Of a stretch of 64,000 nucleotides of DNA, positions 30,508 through 39,341 are shown piece by piece; positions within the stretch are counted from its first letter, which is position 1; every line of letters starts with the position of its first letter. The translations under genes and the position numbers were made by a program. The notes under the pieces are model-generated. The model made no database searches, was not told where the DNA came from, and worked only from the letters and a program-made list of their open reading frames with translations. Source of the DNA: Eubacteriales bacterium (GTDB taxonomy: Bacteria > Bacillota > Clostridia > Oscillospirales > CAG-272); the NCBI GenBank assembly GCA_045613985.1, contig JAZLCA010000019.1, positions 28,345 to 92,344 of the forward strand, written 5' to 3'.

Positions 30508-33500
30508 ATGTCTGAACACAAGCATTTTCCTATGGCGACCATGGATGGTAACGAAGCCGCCGCCTACGTTGCCTATGCTTTTACCGAGATCGCAGCCATC
30601 TATCCCATCACTCCCTCATCCCCCATGGCGGGCAAGACGGATGCATGGAGTGCGCACGGTAAGAAAAACTTATTTGGTCAGCCCGTAAGCCTGATTGAAA
30701 TGCAATCCGAGGCGGGCGCAGTAGCAGCCGTTCACGGCGCACTGGAAACGGGCGCTTTAGCAACCACCTTTACATCCTCACAGGGTCTGATGCTCATGAT
30801 TCCCGTCATGCACCGTATTTCGGGTGAGCGTCTTCCCGGTGTGCTTCACGTAGCGTCCCGTACTGTTGGAACCCACGCTCTGTCCATCTTCGGAGATCAC
30901 AGCGACGTAATGAATTGCCGCCAGACCGGTTTTGCCCTGCTCTCCACCGCGAGCGTTCAGGAGATCATGGATCTGGCTCCCGTGGCACATCTTTCGGCGA
31001 TCAAGGGGAGAATTCCCTTCCTTCATTTCTTCGACGGCTTGCGCACCTCGCACGAAATCAACAAGATCGAAACCATTCCTCACGAAGAAATGGGAAAGCT
31101 GTTGGATCGTGACGCGCTGGATGCCTTCCGCGCTCAAGCGCTCAATCCCGAGCATCCAAAACTGCGGGCAACCGTTCAAAACGGCGACGTTTATTTCCAG
31201 GTGCGCGAGGCTAACAACGGCTTCTACGATGCCCTGCCGGATATCGTCGAAAATTATATGAACGAAATTGCCACGCTGACCGGACGGAAATATCACCTTT
31301 TTGATTACTACGGTGATCCCGATGCGACCGATGTAGTTGTAGCTATGGGATCGGTCAGCGGTACCGTCCGTGAGGCCGTAGATGCGCTTCGCGCGAAGGG
31401 ACGCAAGGTTGGTTTTTTGCAGGTCCATCTGTTCCGTCCTTTCTCCATCAAGCATTTCGTATCCGCACTTCCGGCAAGCGTTCGCCGCATCGCGGTGTTG
31501 GATCGTTGCAAAGAGATGGGGGCTTTGGGCGAGCCCTTATATCAAGATGTTTGCACCGTCTTCTCGGGACGCTCAGACGTTACCGTCGTCGGCGGTCGTT
31601 ACGGCCTTTCCTCCAAGGATACCGATCCTTCCCAGATCGTTGCCGTATTCGATAACCTCGCCGCTGAGCATCCCAAAAATTCCTTTAGCATCGGCATCGT
31701 TGATGACGTGACCTTCCGTTCTCTGCCCATCGGTGCTCCCGTTGCGGAAAAGGCCGATACCTTCTCTTGCAAATTCTGGGGTCTGGGATCCGACGGTACG
31801 GTCGGTGCCAACAAAAACACGGTCGAGATCATCAACGATCATACCGATCGCTACGCACAGGCCTATTTTGAATACGATGCTAAAAAATCCTTTGGCGTCA
31901 CAAAATCTCACCTCCGCATCAGTCCAACTCCGATCACCTCTTCTTACTACGTCAAAAGTGCCGATCTGGTTGCTTGCCATCATCAAAGCTATGTTGGCAA
32001 ATACGACATGGTCAGCGAGCTCAAGCAAGGCGGTATCTTCCTTCTCAACTGCACTTGGGCTGCAAACGAGCTGGAGGAAAATTTGCCTGCCGACGTCCGT
32101 CGTACACTGGCGCAAAAAAATGCTCGCCTCTATCTAATCAATGCCAGCGAGATCGCTTCTCGCTTAGGACTTGGCTCGCACACCAACACCGTGCTTCAAG
32201 CCGCTTTCTTCCATATCGCCTCCATTCTGGATGAGCAAACCGTTATTGGATACATGAAGGACGCCGCTCGAAAGACCTATTTCGCCAAGGGTGATGCCGT
32301 TGTCGAGCGCAATTTGTCCGCCATTGATGCAGGTGTTGAGGGTGTATATCGTGTGGATATTCCCGCTCATTGGGCAAATGCGGCGGATACTCCCATCGCA
32401 ACAGACGAAATCAAGCCCGCCGTTGTACGTAATATTCTCGAGCCAATCAACGCGCAAAAGGGCGACGATCTGCCCGTCAGTGCCTTCCGCGGCTATGAGG
32501 ATGGTACCATTGACGTAGGTCTTACCGCTTATGAAAAGCGCAACATTGCAGCCAAGGTTCCCGTGTGGAACAGCACGGTCTGCTTACAGTGCAACCGATG
32601 CTCACTGGTCTGCCCCCACGCCGCCATCCGTCCGTATCTTCTGACGGAAGAAGAATTGTCCAACGCTCCCGAAGGACTGGTCGCTGTTGCTGCCAAGGGC
32701 GCTGCAGCCAAGGGCTACTATTACACGCTTCAAATCAGTACCGCAGATTGTACCGGATGTGGTAGCTGTGTGGCCTCTTGTCCGGCCAAGGACAAGGCGA
32801 TTGAGATGGTGGGTAACACCTTCCCCATTGCTTCTCCCGCTTGGGCATACACGTTAAGACTGGATGACAAGAACAACCTGTTCGACCGCTATACCGTCAA
32901 GGGTAGTCAGTTCTGCCGTCCGTTGCTTGAATTCTCTGCCGCCTGCGCAGGCTGCGGTGAAACCCCATACGCCAAGTTGCTCACTCAGTTGTTTGGTGAC
33001 CGCGTCTATTGGGCCAACGCCACCGGATGCTCCCAGGCTTGGGGTTCTCCCATGCCGGGTATTCCCTACACAACCAACAAGCAAGGCCACGGCCCTGCCT
33101 GGTCCAACTCGCTGTTTGAAAACAACGCTGAGTTCAGTTTGGGAATGTTTTTGTCCGTCCGTCAACAAAGAGAGGCACAGAAAATGCGTGTGGAACAGCT
33201 GATGGCTATAGCCGACGGAGCGGTGCGCGAAAATACGAAGGCTTGGCTGGATGGCTTTGATAATTACGAGGCCTCTCCCGCTCTGACCGAAGACTTGTGT
33301 AACGTTCTGCAAGAGGCTCGTCCCACGATGACTGCTGAACAGGCCACACTTGCCGCTGACATTCTCCGTTACCGCGACCAGCTGACCAAAAAGTGCTTTT
33401 GGATGTTCGGCGGCGACGGCTGGGCGTACGATATCGGCTTTGGCGGTTTGGATCACGTGGTGGCAAGCGGCGAGGACGTCAATATGTTCATCGTCGATAC

Positions 33501-34017
33501 CGAAGTGTATTCCAACACGGGCGGTCAGTCTTCCAAGGCAACCCCGATCGGTGCAGTCGCTCAGTTTGCCAACTCGGGTAAAAAGACACTCAAGAAGGAT
33601 CTTGGCGCTATGCTCATGACCTACGGCAACGTATACGTTGCGCAGGTCGCTATGGGTGCCGATCCCAACCAGCTGATGAAGGCACTCAAAGAAGCCGCCT
33701 CCTATCCCGGTCCTTCTGTCATCATCGCCTATACGCCCTGTACCGCTCACGGCATCAAGGGCGGTATGAGTGGTGTTCAGGCCGAGATGAAGCGCGCCGT
33801 GGATGCCGGCTACTGGCACTTGTACCGCTACGATCCCAGAAAAGATCAGCCCTTCGTCCTGGATAGCGGCGAAGCTACCCTGTCCTACCGTGACTTTCTG
33901 GACGGCGAAGTTCGTTACAGCGCACTCATCCGCACCTTCCCCAACGAGGCCGCCACGCTGTTTGAGCAAGGCGCCGAAGCGGCGAAGAAGAAGTATGAAA
34001 ATTATAAGAAAATGTAA
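30508..34017 (+). CDS. Single-chain pyruvate/2-oxoacid:ferredoxin oxidoreductase (NifJ/PFOR family)
   Basis: YPITPSS, MQSEAGA, GSDGTVGANK, two CxxCxxCxxxCP motifs, ACAGCGE, GGDGWAYDIG and YSNTGGQ. Confidence 0.93.
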   Translation: MSEHKHFPMATMDGNEAAAYVAYAFTEIAAIYPITPSSPMAGKTDAWSAHGKKNLFGQPVSLIEMQSEAGAVAAVHGALETGALATTFTSSQGLMLMIPVMHRISGERLPGVLHVASRTVGTHALSIFGDHSDVMNCRQTGFALLSTASVQEIMDLAPVAHLSAIKGRIPFLHFFDGLRTSHEINKIETIPHEEMGKLLDRDALDAFRAQALNPEHPKLRATVQNGDVYFQVREANNGFYDALPDIVENYMNEIATLTGRKYHLFDYYGDPDATDVVVAMGSVSGTVREAVDALRAKGRKVGFLQVHLFRPFSIKHFVSALPASVRRIAVLDRCKEMGALGEPLYQDVCTVFSGRSDVTVVGGRYGLSSKDTDPSQIVAVFDNLAAEHPKNSFSIGIVDDVTFRSLPIGAPVAEKADTFSCKFWGLGSDGTVGANKNTVEIINDHTDRYAQAYFEYDAKKSFGVTKSHLRISPTPITSSYYVKSADLVACHHQSYVGKYDMVSELKQGGIFLLNCTWAANELEENLPADVRRTLAQKNARLYLINASEIASRLGLGSHTNTVLQAAFFHIASILDEQTVIGYMKDAARKTYFAKGDAVVERNLSAIDAGVEGVYRVDIPAHWANAADTPIATDEIKPAVVRNILEPINAQKGDDLPVSAFRGYEDGTIDVGLTAYEKRNIAAKVPVWNSTVCLQCNRCSLVCPHAAIRPYLLTEEELSNAPEGLVAVAAKGAAAKGYYYTLQISTADCTGCGSCVASCPAKDKAIEMVGNTFPIASPAWAYTLRLDDKNNLFDRYTVKGSQFCRPLLEFSAACAGCGETPYAKLLTQLFGDRVYWANATGCSQAWGSPMPGIPYTTNKQGHGPAWSNSLFENNAEFSLGMFLSVRQQREAQKMRVEQLMAIADGAVRENTKAWLDGFDNYEASPALTEDLCNVLQEARPTMTAEQATLAADILRYRDQLTKKCFWMFGGDGWAYDIGFGGLDHVVASGEDVNMFIVDTEVYSNTGGQSSKATPIGAVAQFANSGKKTLKKDLGAMLMTYGNVYVAQVAMGADPNQLMKALKEAASYPGPSVIIAYTPCTAHGIKGGMSGVQAEMKRAVDAGYWHLYRYDPRKDQPFVLDSGEATLSYRDFLDGEVRYSALIRTFPNEAATLFEQGAEAAKKKYENYKKM

Positions 34018-34042
34018 CGAAACCGATTTTTAACATAAAGTT

Positions 34043-34080
34043 AGCCTCCGCCAAGGTTTTCCCTTGACGGAGGCTGTTTT
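34043..34080. terminator. Intrinsic terminator ending the T-box operon
   Basis: agcctccg-ccaagg...ccttg-acggaggct hairpin followed by gtttt. Confidence 0.8.
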
Positions 34081-34090
34081 ACTTTCAAAC

Positions 34091-34936
34091 TTACCCTTCT
34101 GTCTTCGCCAACCAATCGGCAACGACGAAGTCCTGTAGCTTGCGCAACGTGACGGGATCTTGGCCGCCGACCGAAGCGCCATCAAGTTCACACACCGACA
34201 GACACAGCGAGCCCGCGCTGGAGACGATGATCTCGTCCGCGTCGCGCAGCTCCTGCATAGTGAAAATACGCTCCTCGACCGGAATACCGAGCGTCTTACT
34301 CGCCGCGATCAGGTGAGCGCGACCGATGCCGGGAAGAATATATTCGTCCGCCGGTGGCGTAATGAAAACGCCATTTTTGAGAATGGACACGTTGGAATGC
34401 GAGCATTCGGTCACGCGGTCGCCGCGGTGCATGACCGTCTCGTCCACGCCTGCTTTGTTGGCCATCTCGGCCGTCAGTACACTGGGCAAAAGATTGAGCG
34501 TTTTAATGTTGCAATACAGATATCTTCTGTCCTCGGCACTGATCAGGCGAATGGGGCGATAGACCGGCTTGATCTTCACGGGGCGTAGCATGATCATGAG
34601 ATTGGATTTAGGCTGTCCTGCAGGAAAGACGTGATCTCTCAAGGCACTGCCTCGCGTTACTTGCCAATAAACGAACTGCTCACCATCGTCTACGCGGCGT
34701 ACGAGATCGATCAAAAGTGCACGTAATTCTTCGGCAGGCATCGGCTCCGCAATCTCCAGGCGCTTCAGATTGACGTAAAAGCGCGCGATATGCTCATCAA
34801 GCGCATAGATAACGTGATTTCTCGAGTAAGCGGCATCATAAATGCCATCTCCAAAATAAAGACCGCGGTCCGTCATAGGAACCTTCATCTCCTCAATAGA
34901 CCCGATCTCTCCGTTGTAGTATCCTAAATTAAGCAT
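34091..34936 (-). CDS. Class IV aminotransferase, D-amino acid aminotransferase-like
   Basis: DRGLYFGDGIY, YWQVTRG, RDHVFP, IKTLNLL and ILPGI motifs. Confidence 0.85.
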   Translation of the reverse strand: MLNLGYYNGEIGSIEEMKVPMTDRGLYFGDGIYDAAYSRNHVIYALDEHIARFYVNLKRLEIAEPMPAEELRALLIDLVRRVDDGEQFVYWQVTRGSALRDHVFPAGQPKSNLMIMLRPVKIKPVYRPIRLISAEDRRYLYCNIKTLNLLPSVLTAEMANKAGVDETVMHRGDRVTECSHSNVSILKNGVFITPPADEYILPGIGRAHLIAASKTLGIPVEERIFTMQELRDADEIIVSSAGSLCLSVCELDGASVGGQDPVTLRKLQDFVVADWLAKTEG

Positions 34937-35140
34937 ATATGTATCTCCTCGCCAAAAAGGATTTTACTCATTCTTTAACATTATATCATGGATCGGCACA
35001 AGTTGCAACCACATTACGAAAATTTATTTCAGCAATTAAAAATATTTATCTGGAAATAACGATCGTTTCTCATAAAACATTTCCGTTCGACGAATCAAGA
35101 AAAAACATATGGCATTTTTCACAAAAAGTTGAGTAACACC

Positions 35141-35169
35141 TTTACATATTTATTAAAATATGTTAGAAT
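35141..35169 (+). promoter_or_regulatory. Probable sigmaA promoter of the 1119-aa lipoprotein
   Basis: TTTACA-17 bp-TAGAAT with TGn. Confidence 0.5.
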
Positions 35170-35199
35170 GAATCATTAAAAATATGTTGGAGGTTTTGT

Positions 35200-38100
35200 A
35201 TGATACATCCCGCCAAAACGTCACGTTTCAGACGCTTCTGCCGATATCTTGCTTTCATATTGGCACTTCTTATGGTTCCAACGGCACTTATCTCCTGCCA
35301 GACGCCCTCGGATACGCCACCACCGGACGATATTCCCCCTACCGATGACGGCACGAACGACACGCCCTCGGACAAGCTGCCAGAAGAAGAGGATCCCGGA
35401 ACGAAGCCGCCGGAAGATGATCCTCCCAAGGAAGATGATCCTCCCAAGGAAGACGAGCCATATGTTCCGAACGAAGCGCCCCTGATACGCGAGGAAGGTG
35501 GACTATATCTCTATTCTTCCGGAACATATCTGTGCAATTCCGCCAATCAGGACAAGGAATTTCTTTTCCGTCAGTTCGGAAACGCGTTGGACTATTGCCG
35601 CTTTGCCGACGGATATTCTACCATTGTATATCGCTTCAATATTCACGATAAATATGAGCCTTTGCTCGAGTTCACTATTGGTAACGATTACAAGATCGAA
35701 ATTTCAACCGACGGAAAAAGCTGGACCAAAGTATATAACTGGCTGGACGAGCATCCTACCTGCCGCGACCGCAGTAACCAAGCAGTATTTACCATCAATC
35801 CCTACGATTTTGAGGTGTACGATATGTGCTACATCCGTTTCTCCGACCCTTCCACGTCGGACGGATGCGGACCTTGTCTAACACAACTTACATTTTCTTA
35901 CTACGAGGACAGTAAAATGGAAGACTTGAACATTTTTGATTTGAATGAAAACATGTACGACATCTTGGATGATCTCAATTACACTACCGAAGATCCCTCG
36001 ACTGTTGACACCTATGCCATCGCCTCCGACGGCGGTCTCATTTACAATCCCATTTCGCGTGAAAAAGCAGAAGAGCTGACCAAATACGATGCAGCCGAAT
36101 GCTACACCGGAAGCATCAAAAAGACGGTCAGCGGCATCGAATATACCCTCACCTATAAAATCCCCAAGCAGGCGACCGCTTACGATGCATTGCCGATTTG
36201 GTATGAAATCACCTCCTCCAAAAATTCTTCTGCCATCGTCTACGTTAATGCAACTGCATTTGAGGACAAAGAGCGCGAGGGCGGAAACCTTTACTATGAC
36301 CTGACGCTTCCTGGCACGGTCGATATTACTTGGGATTATCTGGGATACGTCGGCGGTATGGATAGGCTGAGTAACCGCGCACAGGTCACCGGTGATTTTG
36401 AAAAGGATAAGCTTGGCAAACAATATCCCCAGTACAATGCTACTGACGTTATCTTATCCGGCAATGTCAAATCATCTTCTATCTTATGGTGGAAGTTCCG
36501 TTATACCAATACGGGTAATACGGTGCTGGACGGCGACGGCAACGGCACCTTCTGCTTCGAAGGCTTTTTGTATCGTAAAAACGGCGACAACTGGGAAAAG
36601 TACGCCAAGATGGAAAACAACTACAACCGTATCATCGATGAGGTCTATCCCGGTGAAAGCGGCGAGATGTACTTCATTTTTGACGGCACCTACAATCTCC
36701 AACCCGGCGAATACAAGATTGTCATCAACAGTCTGGTACGCAACGAGACCTCCAATCCCGAAAATTACTTCACCAAGATTTGGGGCGGTGCTACCGCTTC
36801 GCAATCCGAGTTTACCTTTACCGTCAGCAACAGCGACGATATTACCTCTCCTGCCGCTGTCAAAAAATCTGCTCCTGCGTCTACGGTCCGCAACCGATGG
36901 TTGCACACCTATGAAGAGTTCATGACCAGCTTCGACAGCTATCTGAGAGGTATCACCGGCAAAAAGGTGACGGGCACCATGTATCTGCAGTGTGCTCCCT
37001 GGACCAATCAGGTCGTTCTTCGCCTGATCGTAGGTGACGGTGACACGATGGAGGCTGTTTCCATTCCCATCCAGATTGAGACCGACTCGATCAAAATCCA
37101 ATTCAACCCCGACAACAACAATTACGTTGTGCTGGAAGACGGCACACGCTTCCCCGCCATTACGGCGCAGTCCATGGCGGATATGCGCGGTAACGTCCAA
37201 CTCGGCCCGGATGCTGCCTTTAACGTCATCGATAATCTCCTGGCCATGCAGGAGATTGGCATCAACGTCATCAACACCACGGCCGCATTCGAATTTGATG
37301 CCTCTTTTGGCAAGAACCGTGCCAACAACATCGACGCCTGCTGGTTCTCTTTGGACGTCGCCCGCATTTTGGGTATCAAGCTGCAGGGCTGGATCTGCTA
37401 TCCCTATGAGTCGACAAACTCGCTGAATCAGGCCAACAAGCTGTTCGGCACCAAGTTTGCCGAAACGGGCTTTGGATCCAAGGATCTGGCAGAAGCCAAC
37501 GGCATGAATGCCGTTTGGCAGTATGAGCGCTGGGGCGACAACTACTGGATCGGCGGCGATGACACGGTGCTGCTTGATATTGAGGATACCCGCGGTTGGA
37601 TGCGCGTTGATTTCAACGCCCGTTATCGCATCGATGCATCTTCCAAGCAGTATTTCAGATTCTTCCTGATGGATCTGTATGGCAGTGACATTGATGAGCT
37701 TAACGATGATTGGGGTACGGAATACGAATCCTTTGAAGAGATTGATCCCGAGATTGGAACAGCAGACGACCACGGCTGGGCAAGCTACAAGGTTGACGGT
37801 ATCGTTTTTGAAGAATGGAGTCGTCCCCTTGAGGTACTGGATATGTTCCGTACGCTGGAGCGTATTCAGGACTATCAGAGAATACTGGAAGTAGCCAAGG
37901 AAACCATTCCCACCGGCAAGATCAGCCTGAGAACGGAAGGTGCCAACTGGCTGGCCACCGTTGATCCCTCTACTACCAATCCCCACCTGCGCCACGTATA
38001 TTACAGCCAGCGTCGCTGTGGTATTATTCCCGAATTGATGGCAGAGTCGGAGATTCTGTACGCCGCTTCGGACTACACCACACTTCCCTACACTCCCAGC

Positions 38101-38559
38101 GAGGTCGCCGAATTGACTGCTTCCAGCATTGAAAACGGTATCGTTCCCATGCTGCTGCCTCAGTTCAACCGTATGCGTGACATCGCCATAAATGAAAGAT
38201 ACGGTACCGACTTCACCTATGATTATAACCTCGATCCCGAAAAAGCAACCAAGGGTGCTTACATCAGCACCGTATGCTCCGTCTTTGAATGGTTCCGCGC
38301 CACCTACGAAAACGGCGGCGTTCCCGGCATTCTCTGGCAGGATTACCTGTGCGATGGTTACGCGACCGCCACTCAGCGCAAGGAAATTGCTTTCTTCACC
38401 GAGAAGCTGATTGAGGCGCTGAACACTCCCGAAGGTCAAGAATGGGCCAAGAACTTTACCCAGGACACCTCCGTTCTGGACGGTTCCTCCGCTTGCTGGA
38501 CCTTTGATCAGGAGATGGTCAAGGATTTGATCGAGCAGGCTAAGGAAAAGAGAAACTAA
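35200..38559 (+). CDS. Large lipoprotein with a Pro/Asp linker, beta-sandwich modules and a GH42-like glycoside hydrolase domain
   Basis: Lipobox LISC (Cys33); P/D/E-rich linker; 'LYGSDIDELNDDWGTEYESFEEIDP' resembles the GH42-type Y.....LN..WGT...SF..I.P motif. Confidence 0.65.
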   Translation: MIHPAKTSRFRRFCRYLAFILALLMVPTALISCQTPSDTPPPDDIPPTDDGTNDTPSDKLPEEEDPGTKPPEDDPPKEDDPPKEDEPYVPNEAPLIREEGGLYLYSSGTYLCNSANQDKEFLFRQFGNALDYCRFADGYSTIVYRFNIHDKYEPLLEFTIGNDYKIEISTDGKSWTKVYNWLDEHPTCRDRSNQAVFTINPYDFEVYDMCYIRFSDPSTSDGCGPCLTQLTFSYYEDSKMEDLNIFDLNENMYDILDDLNYTTEDPSTVDTYAIASDGGLIYNPISREKAEELTKYDAAECYTGSIKKTVSGIEYTLTYKIPKQATAYDALPIWYEITSSKNSSAIVYVNATAFEDKEREGGNLYYDLTLPGTVDITWDYLGYVGGMDRLSNRAQVTGDFEKDKLGKQYPQYNATDVILSGNVKSSSILWWKFRYTNTGNTVLDGDGNGTFCFEGFLYRKNGDNWEKYAKMENNYNRIIDEVYPGESGEMYFIFDGTYNLQPGEYKIVINSLVRNETSNPENYFTKIWGGATASQSEFTFTVSNSDDITSPAAVKKSAPASTVRNRWLHTYEEFMTSFDSYLRGITGKKVTGTMYLQCAPWTNQVVLRLIVGDGDTMEAVSIPIQIETDSIKIQFNPDNNNYVVLEDGTRFPAITAQSMADMRGNVQLGPDAAFNVIDNLLAMQEIGINVINTTAAFEFDASFGKNRANNIDACWFSLDVARILGIKLQGWICYPYESTNSLNQANKLFGTKFAETGFGSKDLAEANGMNAVWQYERWGDNYWIGGDDTVLLDIEDTRGWMRVDFNARYRIDASSKQYFRFFLMDLYGSDIDELNDDWGTEYESFEEIDPEIGTADDHGWASYKVDGIVFEEWSRPLEVLDMFRTLERIQDYQRILEVAKETIPTGKISLRTEGANWLATVDPSTTNPHLRHVYYSQRRCGIIPELMAESEILYAASDYTTLPYTPSEVAELTASSIENGIVPMLLPQFNRMRDIAINERYGTDFTYDYNLDPEKATKGAYISTVCSVFEWFRATYENGGVPGILWQDYLCDGYATATQRKEIAFFTEKLIEALNTPEGQEWAKNFTQDTSVLDGSSACWTFDQEMVKDLIEQAKEKRN

Positions 38560-38568
38560 TTAGAGCAC

Positions 38569-38613
38569 AAAGGACAGAGAATTCGGGGGGCACCCCGTTC
38601 TCTGTCCTTTTTT
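38569..38613 (+). terminator. Intrinsic terminator
   Basis: aaaggacagagaa / ttctctgtccttt stem followed by a T tract. Confidence 0.85.
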
Positions 38614-38744
38614 CAATCCAAAATCGTCAAATTCAAAAAACATGGTATAATGTAAAAAATTTCCCTCAACCATTACACATTTTCCAATTTTTCGGTACTA
38701 CTCTTTATGAAGGGCCTTTCAAAAAAGCGGAAAGGAGGCAGGCT

Positions 38745-39341
38745 ATGGAACTTCAAACCAAACGGGCGACAAGATCGCCGCTGGATGACGAAACAATCAT
38801 AGAACTGTATTGGGCACGCGATGAAAAAGCAATCGCGGAGACCGATCTCAAATACAAAAGCTATTTGTATTCGATCGTCTATCGCGTACTGCACGACAGA
38901 CTGGACTGTGAGGAATGTGTCAACGACACCTATCTTGGGGCATGGAATGCCATTCCCCCGACAAGACCCAACGCTCTTAAGGCGTTTTTGGGTACCATCG
39001 CGCACAGAATTGCCATCAAGCGTTATCACAGCGCACTTCGGCAGCGTGCCGTACCGTCGGAAATGACGGTATCTCTGTCCGAGCTTGAAGATTTCATCGC
39101 CGGTGACGATGACGTCGCGGCTGATTTTGACGCCGAACGACTGGGCGGCATTATCAGTGACTTCATTCGTTCGCTCTCGGACCGTCGGCAGTTTATTTTT
39201 ATCAGCCGCTACTACATGGCCGAGCCAATTGCTACCATCGCCGGCAACTTGATGGTCAGCCGCTCGACGGTCAACAAGGAATTGGCCGCCATCCGAGCGA
39301 CACTGAAAGAAACATTGGAATGTGAGGGATATTTGATATGA
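38745..39341 (+). CDS. ECF-family RNA polymerase sigma factor
   Basis: DETIIELYWARDEKAI, D.EECVNDTYL.AWN.IPP (region 2) and a region 4 HTH; AAAGGAGG RBS. Confidence 0.92.
   Translation: MELQTKRATRSPLDDETIIELYWARDEKAIAETDLKYKSYLYSIVYRVLHDRLDCEECVNDTYLGAWNAIPPTRPNALKAFLGTIAHRIAIKRYHSALRQRAVPSEMTVSLSELEDFIAGDDDVAADFDAERLGGIISDFIRSLSDRRQFIFISRYYMAEPIATIAGNLMVSRSTVNKELAAIRATLKETLECEGYLI

Noticed and set aside
32854-33969. 371-aa antisense ORF, and similar ones at 13392-14750, 29299-30525 and 43955-44959
   Set aside because: Each overlaps a well-supported gene on the opposite strand and has no recognisable protein features.
34091-34936. D-amino acid aminotransferase-like gene as part of the leucine operon
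   Set aside because: It is convergent and separated by a terminator, with no evidence of co-regulation.
36484-38439. 651-aa ORF on the minus strand
   Set aside because: It lies antisense to the 1119-aa lipoprotein and has no motifs or RBS. It is a shadow ORF produced by biased codon usage.
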